Part shown: positions 9,235 to 21,169 of the stretch, in pieces
Layout: the number at the start of each line of letters is the position of its first letter
How positions within the stretch are numbered: position 1 is the stretch's first letter
DNA from: Octopus bimaculoides
Lineage: Eukaryota
Assembly (NCBI RefSeq): GCF_001194135.2
Contig: NC_068997.1
Location: 35,999,078-36,047,560 of the forward strand
Length of the DNA stretch: 48,483 nt
Reading direction: 5' to 3'
Notes under the pieces: generated by a model
Databases searched by the model: none
Seen by the model: only the letters and a program-made list of their open reading frames with translations
Told to the model about the DNA's origin: nothing
Position numbers and translations under genes: made by a program

Positions 9235-12150
9235 CTGCACCCCATAGACATTATAGCAAAGGTATTGTCATAGAGAGTGGCTTGCAACACTTGCTGCAAC
9301 AGCTACCCCTCCTTACAGGGCTCGTTTCTTAAATTGGCTGCTGTCATCCTGATTTTTTGGAGGAAACTAGCAGTGTCAGGTCCAAGAACGCCTAACTAGT
9401 ACAAACAGATGGTGGCCAGTCAAACTCTGGTATATCTTCCTCTCCTCTGCATTGTGGGTGGCCTTACCTGGGTTTGCTGTTGATGTGGCAAGGTTGGAAG
9501 GAGAGAATGTGTTGGAGCATGTCACTTCCTAGATTAGGGATTTATCTCCCTCATATGGGAAGAGGGTTATTCTGTTAGGGTGCTTACTATCCCTGCAGTC
9601 AAGACCTGCTGGCTCTAGTCGTGATGAGAAGCTGGCCAGGTCAAGACCCCTTCTGATAATATCATTCAGAACAGAATGTCAAGGGAACCAGCCCATGCAG
9701 TAGGATAATGGATGCCAGTTGAATTTGTCAACTACAGCTCCACAATGGAATTTGTGCTACTCACACATACAGAGACTGAGGTGCTGGGCTACTCTGATGT
9801 GAGTGCACTTGTCATCAAGAAGGGTACCAGTTGATAGGGAAGACACTGAATCAAGCCATGTGCTGTTGTTTGGCTGCCAAGCAGAATAGGGACAGGTGAG
9901 GTAGTACTGTTCAAGAAAGTCTCAGTTTGTCTGAAGGTAGACTTGCACTTGATGTCATCTCCATTACATTACACATTTGTATTCTGGGAGATGGCAAGGC
10001 CTTCAGCAGTCCAATCAGCCAGAGCTGACTCCAGTTCCTGGGCCACATCAAGTTCAGCTGTCCAGTGGAGTACCTCACTGATGAAGGTATGGCTGGAGGA
10101 GATTGAGGAAAGATAGGCTGATAGCACCAGGTCTGAAGTGGAATAAAGGCCAAGGCTACAGAATTTAACAGGTAGTTTCTACTGGTGCCCACTGTACATT
10201 ATCAAAACTAACATTGCACATCAGTTCAGCACATCTCCAGATGGTGGTATCAGTTTCACCGAGTTGATGAGTGAGAAGGTCACATAGTGCACTGCATAGC
10301 AAGAAAAGAAGCTTAGGCATGGAAAAGCAATTCTTCAAGAGGAAGAAAGCTGAGTGTGCATCAATGAGTTGCACTCTCTCTGTCATCCTGGACAGCACTG
10401 CAAGATTGATCTCCAGGCACTCTTACATGGTTTTCAGGAGGACTGGGAAGCAAAAATGATACAGCATCCTTTGGTGTCAGCTGAACCCTTACCAAGATAG
10501 GCTGGATGCTGAGTATACCATCCTGAAATTCAGTCTCACCATAGCTCACATTTATCACCTCCCACTTGAATGGACTATCTCAAGCTTAAGGAGCTTTACA
10601 GTTGGGATGGTCTGCAGGAGGTCTCCAACTACAAACTCAGCTGAGCCACCCAGGAACATTGAAGTGTGAGTGGACTGAATGGATAACATCATTGACAGCC
10701 AACACAAAAAGGAGCAGGCTAAGAGGGTCATCTTACTGGACACTTGTATTGGAAGTGATCCTATTGTCAGCAGCCATGAATGTGCTGAGTGTTCCATACG
10801 AGAAGTGTGCAGGTGAGTGTAATGAGGGAGCATGTCTTAGATACATCTAGATGTGGTCCTGCCTAATACTGTTGAAGCTTAACATCTACACTTGATTCCC
10901 ACTCCCAGATGGACAAGGCTTAGTGCCTCGCTCAAGCCATCTCTGACTGGTCTATTTGTTATCCTGGCTGCAAGTCATTGAAAAATTTTACCCACTGCTA
11001 TCAGACAGATGCCTTCATCCTTCAGCATATTCAGGTTGGCTGAGAAGAGAAGATCTTTTATAGTTTTCTTTATGTGGTGCAGGGTCCATGTGAAGAAGAC
11101 TGTTTGCCAGAGCAGTGATAAATTGGAGGAAACATGCTTCTGCCTCAGCAGTGTGTGGCAACATTAAATCTCTGGGGTGGTTGGATCACAGGCCATCTAC
11201 TCTTGCACTGCTGCACATAGGGAAGGATCCCAGGATAGCAGCCACATTTCTTACTGGCTGTGGTGAAGGCCATGTTACTGTCATGAATTTGGAAATCTCT
11301 GATATCTGCCAGAAGATTCAGATGCTTGAGATGGAGAATAGCTATAACATACAGTGTAGGTCTGAGAACTGTGTTGCTTGAGGCCAGTACGCACACTGCA
11401 ACAGAAATATGACCCTGAATTACTTTGTGATTGACCTGGACTCAGAGTTTTTTCACACAATTGGAAGAGGTTTGCTGTAAAGATCTCAAGAACTAGTGTT
11501 ACAAAACAATAATTTGTTCCAGATTTTTGAGCTGTTACTAGCAAGTTCCTAGTCTATAAACAATGCTAGCACTTTGACCACAAAATCTTGGGTGGCCTTG
11601 GGGATCCTGATGATGGTTTTCTGTGACTACTTGAGATTGGAAGCCACCACAAAGACTTTATTTGGGCCAAGCAGGGTCAAGTCCTCACCATGCTACACTT
11701 CTGTGTCCACCTATAGTGTTGAGAGGGATGTCCATCCCTCTACTGAAGTTTAGCAACTTGGGCAGTGCCACTAGTGCAAGGATTCTGAAGTACAATGAGT
11801 GAGTTTAATGCAAGAGAGTGGAAGAATTGTTACAGTTGGAACATTTCTTTCCCTTCATCTGTGTGTGACATTGCTCAGCTTCCTGCCGTGTAGAGGATGG
11901 GAAGAGGAAGAGTCTCAAGTACTCACAAAGCTGGGATGAATGATGTGTCCACTGGATGTTAGGCAGCCAAAAGCAGAGCCACCAGTGTAAGGATTCTAAA
12001 GTGCATCAAATGAGTCTGATGCAAGACAAGTGAAAAAATTTGTTACAGTTAGAGCACTTCCTTCCCCTCCTCTACCTATTATTCGTGGCAAAAATATGAC
12101 ATTGTTTGACTTCTCATGAAGTAGAGGGCTGAGGAGAGGACATACATAGA
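9235..12150 (-). mobile_element. CRE-like (RLE endonuclease) non-LTR retrotransposon relic, near full-length, heavily mutated
   Basis: Minus-strand frames give RIPKA..., SFNSIRQDH, VQ*DDPLSLLLFVLAV (QGDPL motif), LIDAHSAFFLLKNCFSMPKLLFLL, and RLE domain HPLSYC...HSVLNDIIRRGLD...LEPAGLD...HPNRITLFPYEGDKSLI*EVTCSNTF...AEERKIYQSL. Confidence 0.8.
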
Positions 12151-14054
12151 AGAGGCTTGGGTATAGTCAAAATAAATTTGGTGTTCATTCTGTTTGTATC
12201 TAAGTATTTCACTCTATATATCTCTTACTTTCCTTAAATCTGCTATTTTTATCTCCCTCATAGAAGAGACAATAGACCAACCTCTCTCTCATGTGTCTCC
12301 AAGACACATAGCCCATCTTACATTATCATTAGCTATGAAATATCACTTGGATTATTCTACATTTGTACTTTCCACTTCATGTCGCATCACAGTGTATGTA
12401 ATGTATTCATGTCACATCACAGTGTATTCTGAGCCTTGTTATATAGGTCATGTTTTCTGCATAGAATATAGACAATGTTCAGCAGTCTAACTTGTGCTAA
12501 TCTTACTGTGGGACTGTCTGACCACAGTCTTTGGCATGTTTATATGTGTTTATGTGTGTTTGTGTTTTATTTGTGTGTATAACTGAATCTGTATGTCTGT
12601 GTGAGTATCCTCTTGTTGTTTAATCTGTATGTAATGTATTCAAATATCATTGTAGGTGTCCCCTTATCAAATTCATTGCAACTCCAGCCAATCATATGGT
12701 ACTTGTTCCTTCATATCAAACCAACTGCCAGATTTCTACCAAGTCATCAGAAATACACATTGATGTATGCCAATCTCAATCTAATGTTACTGGTGTAAAG
12801 ATGACGTATAAGGTAGACTGTAAGTATTATTAATCTTTCTACTTATGTCAATATCAACATTTATATCTACAACTTTATATTGCCACATCTACATCATGTA
12901 ATTGTTTAATGTGATACTCCACTGCCATTCAACTACTGTTAGAATGTACATGATAATCTAATGGTATTTGAAAGTAGTATGGTTTCAGTGGTGGTGAATG
13001 GTTGCTAAAATAAAGGTAACTGGTTCAGACATGTAATAGAAGTGGATAGTAGTTAGCATGAAGTTGGTCAAATTTTTAGGAACATATGAAGGTAGTGGAT
13101 GATATGTAGATTGGTTCAAGTGGTATACACAAAGGTTAGTAGGTTGGCTAGAAGCTGTTGGTTAGTCCCAGGTCAATCTAAATTGAGCAGACCTATAATC
13201 AAAGAATGTTCTACCTATAACCGTCCTTCCTTTTTGTCAGATATACATTATCCATTGTATCCTTCCTATTTTAAGAAACTAGAGTGTGATTTATGAGAGA
13301 ATTATCTACTCTCTCTAGCAGGTTGTACAACTACATAAAGTGAAAAAATCTAGTTGTGTAGTTGAAAAAGGTATGTGATGATCATGATAATAAAGGTTGC
13401 TACAATAAGGGTATGTCATCACAATGTGAATATATGATGAGAGTGAATGATAGGCTGGATGATAGACTAGAGTTATGTCTTCATATTATGGATAAATGAA
13501 GATACTGAACAGTAGCTACAGATAACAATATAGATATCTGAGAATAGCAAGGGATTGTTCTGGGAAATCATAGAAGAAATTACTTGAGGAGAAAATAATT
13601 CGGATTAACATGAGAGAATTTCAATTAAGTAGAGAGTTACCAGTTGTATACAATGACAGCTGTATTCAGTGAATATTCACCTCAACCAACTGGATGGTTT
13701 TCCACTGTTAATGCAACTTATGCATGACAACCATTCATAAAGTAAAAAATACTTTTGTACTGCAAAGTCTGCAAACTTTCCTGCCACCCAAAATTTAGCT
13801 GTTTTTTCTTGCAAAAATCCTTTCTACCAACTTTGTAGAATCCTCTTCCACATCACTCCTTGAGCATGTCTTTGTAAGTAGTATTTTCATTGAAAAAGCT
13901 TTCACATTTGCTATTTGTCTAATTTGTATCCAGTTCAGTGTAATACATATTTGGCAAAATTCCTCCATGAAAACATTTCTTTTCCAATCTACCAGTTTCA
14001 TCATTATGTACCTTCATGCCAAATTTGAAAATACTTTTGGTTGCTTCAAGCCGA

Positions 14055-14329
14055 GAAGATTACTGGTCCTGATAATGTCACTTCTATTACCCTCAAATAG
14101 TGCACTCCAAAGCTAGTCCATATTATTACTAAACTATTCAGTTTTACCATCTATTCTTCTGGAAAATGCTGCAGTTGTTGCATGCTCAGTAAAGAAAACT
14201 TTAACCCTGCCAATTTGACCTGCAAACTTTGATCCTGCCAAATTTGACCCATGCCTCTAATTTCCAGCATCTCAAAAGTAACAGAAACACTTATTAACAA
14301 CCACTTTCTCCAACATCTTCAATTTTACT

Positions 14330-14335
<6 letters not shown>
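14055..14335 (+). pseudogene. CR1/L2/Jockey-type RT N-terminal fragment, followed by (TG)n at 14336-14360
   Basis: TGPDNVTSITLK*CTPKLVHIITKLF...NPAN...SLISSISKVTETLINNH resembles the GPD...NYRPISLLS..SKV.E block. Confidence 0.6.
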
Positions 14336-14360
<25 letters not shown>

Positions 14361-15266
14361 TGACCAACAAAGATTTCGTTGAACTAAGTCTGCAAGGGAT
14401 TTGCTCTCCTATATCATTGACAAGTGTTTTGTTGCTTTAGAGAAGCAGTATACTTGACATTGTTACTATAACAACCTATTCTCCTCTGCACTAATTGGTT
14501 GACTGTACTGAGTTGTACAGCTAATGAAAACTGTGCTGAGATGTTTCAAAGCATGTAACTAAGGTAAATGAAAAGATAGAAAGTGTCATAAAACTTTGTA
14601 TGTTTATTTCTTATAAGTAAAGCTTTTACCATCAACAGTTAGAATCAATTGAATACAGATGATAAAGTTTGCCTCAGCCACATTGAAAGACCTGAATACC
14701 TCCCAAATAAGTCTTCAGCATAGCAATGCTGTCATGTGGTATCGCATTGGATTTGTCCTCAATAATGATCCACATCTAAAAGTAACATGGATTCACATGG
14801 ATTATGCTTTCCTTCTTCTCCACATCCATTTTGTCTGCAGTTTTTGATTTATAGATGTGACCAGCCTCAGAAGGCTTGATAAGGTCATGGTTACAGTCTA
14901 TTCCAGATGAATAAAGCCATTAGAAAAAGATTAATTATTTTTGAAAAATAGATGTCAATTTGATTAGAACAATATCTAATATATTGAATTTTGCATTGCC
15001 ATCATACATTCATTGTTTCTGCATCTTTAATATGCTCCATTGGAGATTTCAAGATTTAATCTACAATAACTACAATTTGTAACCCACTTCTATAACTTTC
15101 ACACTCATGAAAAGTAAATGTAGAATGAAAAGAGAGAGCAAAAGTATCTTAAGCTTTCATCAACAAGAATTCTAGTTATTGTTTGCATGGTAAAAAGTAA
15201 AAAATACTCATGTAATTGGAGAACATTCTATTTTATAACTGCTTTCTTTTGACTAAAAAAAAGCAG

Positions 15267-15320
15267 ATGAGACTACTGGATTGATCAGACAGCACTGGTT
15301 TCAAAGAGAAGAATTTCTAA
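15267..15320 (+). other. Candidate isolated 54-nt host exon (unassigned)
   Basis: T-rich tract and TGACTAA branch-like motif, then CAG|54 nt|GTAAGT. Open in phase 1-1 (xETTGLIRQHWFQREEFL). No homology recognised. Confidence 0.25.
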
Positions 15321-15457
15321 GTAAGTTCTGTCTTGTTTTATTATTTTTTAATCATTTTTCAGAATATCTACCAATATACTCACAATGCCAATGATTCACT
15401 TTACCAGCAATAAACAGTACTATTGATTCAAGCATTTTCCAGGGCTCAGTTATTTCT

Positions 15458-18400
15458 TCATCATCATCATCATCATCATCATTTAACGTCCATTTTCCAT
15501 GCTGGCATGGGTTGGACGGTTCGCCTGGGGTCTGGGAAGCCAGGAGGCCGCACCTGGCTCCAGTCTTATCTGGCAATGTTTCTACAGCTGGATGCCTTTC
15601 CTAACACCAACCACTCCGATAATGTAGTGGGTGCTTTTTATGTGCCACCAGCACAGGCCAGAGGGGGCTGGCATCAGCCATGTTCAGATGGTGCTTTTTA
15701 CGTGCCACCAGCATAGGAGCCACTCGGGGCAATGGGGCTGGCATCAACCACATTCGGATGGTGCTTTTTACATACCACTGGCACGGGGAGGCAAACAGGC
15801 GGTGCTGGCATCAGCCAAACTACAATTTCCATTTGATTATGATTTGATTTGATTTTGATTTTGATGTTGATGTACTTGACTCAATAGGTCTCCTCAAGCA
15901 CAGCCTGTCGCCCTACGATCCAAAGGTACTTTTTGAGTGGAGTGGAGTGGAGTGGAGTGGGGGGTTATGTGATATTGGCGTAGGCTACAGCTGTGATCTC
16001 ACTTTATTTGTCGAGTCTTCTCAGCCACAGCAGATCTCCAGAGGTCTCGGTTTTTCATCATGCTTCGAAGATCATGCTTCACCACCTCATCCTATGTCTT
16101 CCTGGTTTTCCCTCTTCAATGGATTGTTTTGGAGTGATACTTCTTCACATAACTCTCCTCATCCATCCATAGTAAATGACCATGCCAGCGCAGATGTCTC
16201 TCTTGCACGCCACATCCAATACTTCTTATGTCCATCATTTCTCTCAGGGCGCTTACACTCTGTTGTGTGTGTACACTGACATTATACATCCAGTGGATCA
16301 TGCTAGCTTCATTTCTTTCAAGCCTACACATCTTCAGCAGTCACGACCCATGTTTCACTGCCGTGAAGTATAGCAGTTCGCACACATGCATCGTACAATC
16401 TGCCTTTCAGTCTGATGGGTAGAAGCTTTCTGAACTTTGCCCAGGCTATTCTTATTCTAGTGGTAATGCTCTCTGAGCATCCACCCCCACTTCAGACTTG
16501 GTCGCCTAGGTAGCAGAAGCTATCAACTATTTCTAGTTTCTTCCCCTGGCATGTGATAGAATCTGTTTTCTGAGCATCTGTGGTGTTTATTACCCCTGTG
16601 CATCTGCCACACACGAAAGCTATCTTCCTGGTTAATATTCCTTTGTTGCTGTACCTCTTATGCATCCATAGCTTACACTGGATACATCTTATGGAGTTTC
16701 TACCTACACCTTTTCTACAGATTGAGTAGGGCCATCTACCTGAAGGGGTGTGTGATGTGTTCGCCTTCCTACTTACTAAGACTTTGGTTTTTGCGAATTT
16801 GACTCTAAGGCCCTTCGATTCTAAACCTTGCTTTCACACCTGAAATTTCTTCTCTAGTTCTGGTAGTGATTCTGCTATGAGGGCCAGGTCTTCAGCATAG
16901 AGGAGCTNNNNNNNNNNCTTCTCTAGTTCTGGTAGTGATTCTGCTATGAGGGCCAGGTCTTCAGCATAGAGGAGCTCCCAGGGGCAACCTGTCTTGAATT
17001 CCTCTGTTATTGTCTGGAGGACTATGCTGAATAAAAAGGTACTGAGGGCTGATCCTTGGTGGAGCCCTACTTCTACCCGGAATTCTTCACTATACTCATT
17101 GCCAACCCTAACCTTACTAACAGCATCTCTGTATAGGGCCTGTACAGCCCTTATTAACCATTTGTCAATCTCTAGTTTCCACGTCACCCATCAGATAAGA
17201 GACTGGAGAACCCTGTCAAAGACTTTCTCTAAGTCCACAAAAGCCAAGTATAGGGGTTTATCTTTGGCTAGGTATTTCTCCTGCAGTTGCCGTACCAGGA
17301 ATATAGCATCAGTGGTGCTTCTGCCTGGGACAAAGCTGAACTGCATCTCATCTAAGCAGACTCTCTTCCTAATTAGTTGGGCTATGACCCTCTCTGTGAC
17401 CTTCATCACCTGAACCAGCAGTTTGATACCCCTGTAGTTATTTCTATCTGAAACATCACCTTTACCCTTGTAGCAGTTGACTATGGCACTGCTATGCCAG
17501 TCATTGGGTATCACTCCATCACAAACTACCTGGTTTACAATACGGGTGACTAGGCCATAACCCACACCACCAGATATTTTAAGCATCTCAGCAGTGATTC
17601 CTGATAGGCTGGGGGCTTTTCCTGGTTCCATACCAGGGTGCTGTCTATTTGGATAGCTGGTCCCTCTACTGGATCAGCAGTTTTTCATAGTGGATTTTCC
17701 AAGCCTCTTTCTTTTCAGAATCACTAAAAGCAAGTGCACCATCATCTATGCGGACACATTTCTCTTCTGTGACATCACAGTTTTCTCACACATTGTCTTG
17801 CAATCCAAAATACTTCAGTTCTTTGGTCCTCCCATCACTGGACTTCGGCAAACTTCTTATCTGCTTCTCCCTTGGCTATGTATACCTGTCGCCCAGCCTC
17901 CTTCCTGGCTATCTGGTACAGTTCCAGGCTTTCCAGACCTGTTTCTTTGCTCTAATGGCTTTGTCTACTGTATTATTCCATCACCATGTTACTTTATGTT
18001 TGGAAGGGACTTTGCACCATCCGCAGACTTGGTCTGTGGCACTGAGTAATCTTTCCCATAGGAATTTCCAGCTACCCTCTACGTCCAAGGTCTGTAGCTC
18101 CTTCTCCCTCTCATTAAATTTCTTGATGAAGTTGTCCCTAAATTTCTGACCATGTGAAGAGTTCTTTAGCTTCCAAATCTTTTTCTGGATTGGTCTACTT
18201 CTTGGCATCCTTCTTGCTTTGAGTCTAAAGTCACTAATGACTAGTCTATGCTGGGGGGTACATTCTTCACCCAGGAGGGTCTTTGTATTTAAGAGCAACC
18301 CTGCATCCCACTGTCTGGTGAAGATGAAATCAATCTGGCTAGCAAAGTCACCTGATTGATAGGTTATCAGGTGGCTGTCTGGCTTCCTGAAGTTAGTGTT

Positions 18401-18990
18401 GCCGATTAAAAGGTTACATGCATCACAGAACTCCAGTAACCTGGTTCCTTTCTTCGTTTCAGGAACCAAGACCATGGCCCTTGTATACACCAGTGAAGAT
18501 ACTGGATTGCCATCCAAAATGACCATTAAAAATTTCCAGCTTTAAAGATGAGGTCATTGCCACTCGTCTTTGAGGTAGCCCGTAGGAGGATATCATAAAA
18601 ATGATCCTTCCAATCATTTGGTAGGCCTGCTTGTGGGGCATAGGCAGAGATAATTGTAACTGTACTGTTCTGCAGGACTAGCCTGAGCTTAAGCACTCTG
18701 TCACATACCCTGACAACCTCTATGACCTTATCCACCCCATTTCTCTGCAAGGAGTATGCCTTCACCCCCTACTCCATCTGTATTACCTTGCCAAAAGATT
18801 TTATACCTATGTGCATTGCCTGTGAGGACCCTAGCTGAAGCTCCTCTCCATCTAACCTCTTGTATGCAGCATACATCGACACATCTCCTTTCAAGCATCT
18901 CTGCAATCTCACTAGACCTACCTTTCAATGTACCTACATTGACAGTGCCAACTCTGAAAACTGGGAAAGGAATGTGAAGTGAGGCTTGGG
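15458..18990 (-). mobile_element. RTE-clade LINE, near full-length, degenerate
   Basis: APE start RVGTVNVGTLKGRSSEIAEMLERR...IQEVRW at about 18960. RT motifs NYRGIKLL, FVDLEKVFDRV, QGSALS, LYAEDL. C-terminal CSICRKG. The 3' UTR carries 3 GGTGCTTTTTAYGTGCCACCAGCA repeats and a (GAT)n tail at 15458-15481. Confidence 0.92.
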
Positions 18991-19232
18991 GAGGAGAGAT
19001 GTTATTCTGCGCCTGAAAAGAAGGAGGTTGTCATGTTCATTTGTTAGACATGCTTCACCTGTTCTCACTTCCAACCTGACATCATTCAAATGTTCAAGCA
19101 TGTTCAGATTGTTGCCCCTTCTGGGGGTGGGAGTAGGTGTTAGCTGCATTGTAAGTATAAGCATTACGGACATCGTATAAATGTAAATTTAAGCATTACT
19201 GGTGTTGCAAATATGGATATTCCCATGTTAGA

Positions 19233-19408
19233 TTAAGTAGGGTGTCAACTAAACTAGTTGCATTTGTCCAGGGAGAGGAGATTGCAGGTATGATGGAGGG
19301 TACCACCAGCGAGGGAAGGGGGGGCCTTCAGATAGAGAAAGAGAGGAAACAAGCTCGTCCATACATACACACATGCATGCACACACAGAGACAAGAACAA
19401 GCACGCAT

Positions 19409-19446
<38 letters not shown>

Positions 19447-19732
19447 GAACAAGCACGCACGTACAGTCCATTAGCTCTCTCTTTCATTTTGATATGTCTG
19501 TGGAAATTTACTGAGTAGTTGTTGACAAATTTCTGGGCGGAACGAAATGAAAGATAGCTGGTTAAGTAGGTGGGCAGCTAAGCTAGTTGCATTTGTCTCA
19601 GAGGAGAGAGAGAGACAGACAGACAGAGAGTGCAGGTAATATAGAGAACAGCACCAGTGAAGAGGAGTGTTGAGAGAAGCGATATCTGGTAATGGTGGTG
19701 GGAGGAGAGAGAGATATCCGGTGTAGATGGTG

Positions 19733-19773
<41 letters not shown>

Positions 19774-20158
19774 CAGGTAATATAGAAAACAGCACCAGTG
19801 AGGAGGGTTGAGAGAAGAGACGTCTGGTAATGGTGGTGGGAGGAGAGAGAGATAGAAATAGAGCTAGAGATAGAGATATCCGGTATTGGTGGTGGGGACA
19901 GGAAAGAGCAGGCACACTGTGAACAAGCAAGGTTTAATTTTGGGAGATTGTGTGAGCCAGATTTCCAACTTAGCAAAATTCAATGAAAAATTTTGGAGAA
20001 ATGAAGAGAGAGATATTAGGAAGTTAAACTGGCTTACGAAACTAGCAATTGGTAAATAATATTCATTTAAAGTGTTCATGGCGGATGAGAAATTAAACAT
20101 CCAAAGAAATGAGAAATTATCCTAGCAAAATTACATGAAGAATTAAGGAGGAACGAAA

Positions 20159-20249
<91 letters not shown>

Positions 20250-20340
20250 ATATATTGAGGAATCAGTTTAAATGGTTAGCTTATGAAACTAGCTGTTAGT
20301 AAATAATACATTTAAAAAGTATTAATGGCGAATGAATGTT
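19233..20340. repeat. Composite repeat: duplicated unique blocks interspersed with (CA)n 19411-19444, (GA)n 19736-19770 and (GA)n 20162-20244
   Basis: Block TTAAGTAGG...CTAGTTGCATTTGTC at 19233 and 19562. About 141-bp tandem duplication at 19630 and 19771. Block GAAACTAGC...GTAAATAATA...ATGGCG at about 20023 and 20266. Confidence 0.7.
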
Positions 20341-20719
20341 TGAAAGATCAAAAAAAAAAACTTCACTACCATAATCACTGTCTAATGTTATCATGTAATT
20401 ACAAACACATTATTATGCAAAACAAACCATGTATGAAATTAACAGACACAGTCTTTATAAACATGTTTATAAACATGCACATTTTTTAGTCATGGACTCT
20501 GATTTTTAATCCTCCTGACTTTGCTTTTCATTCTTATACATTTAATATAACTGTGTGTATAGATAAGTGTTGTGTGTAAGTGTATATGGCAATATGTATG
20601 TGCAAATGTAAAAGTGTGTATGTTCTGTGTGTACATCTGTTTGTGTATATCAGTATAATACAGACCTACTAGGTTCTGGACAGATAAATAACCAAAGGAC
20701 ATAGGAAAATAAGACTGGC

Positions 20720-21165
20720 ACATTTCACTTCATGCCGTGAGGCAAACACAACATGGTCTTATGCAGCCCATCTATCTTCATGTAGTATCACACTGACAAC
20801 TCAACCTGACACACTTCATCACTTTTCGTGTAGTACATCAAAGATGACATGGCCAACGCAGCCTGTCACATTCTCCCTTCATGCAGTGAGAGAATGGTAA
20901 CAGAGGTTGGTTCAGTCCATCTCTCTTTATGTAGTAAAACAATGACAACACAACCTGACACAGCCCATCTCCCTTTATATAGCAAAACAATGACAACTTA
21001 GTCTGCCACTATCCTTCACTCATAATTTATTGAGACATTGACAACACAACCTGATGCAGCTAATTTCTGTTTATATATAGAGACATTAACAAAACCACCT
21101 CTTTTAAGGTTCTGATACATCAGCCATCTCTCTTCATATAGTGAGACAATGATGATACAATTTGA
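20720..21165. repeat. Decayed minisatellite, unit about 50 bp
   Basis: Recurring CAGCCCATCTCYCTTYATRTAG...ACAATGACAACACAACCTGACA units, clearest at about 20910-21000. Confidence 0.6.
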
Positions 21166-21169
21166 CATA

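Noticed and set aside
12850-13620. Possible very old Penelope RT on the minus strand (SIIQPII..., LLTFVY...TNLH)
   Set aside because: Motifs are too eroded across many frameshifts to support without a profile search.
13800-14040. Coding-looking minus frame IFKFGMKVHNDETGRLEKKCFHGGILPNMYY...
   Set aside because: Two in-frame stops and no family recognised; needs TBLASTN.
15600-15800. Regularly spaced 24-bp repeats with variable spacers (CRISPR-like look; also 26570-26660 and 40380-40530)
   Set aside because: Internal repeats of the RTE 3' UTR in a eukaryotic context; no cas genes, and spacers are related to each other.
16849-16976. 59-bp tandem duplication in the RTE RT (LLYAEDL twice)
   Set aside because: Identical copies flank a 10-N gap (16908-16917), so this is an unmerged contig overlap.
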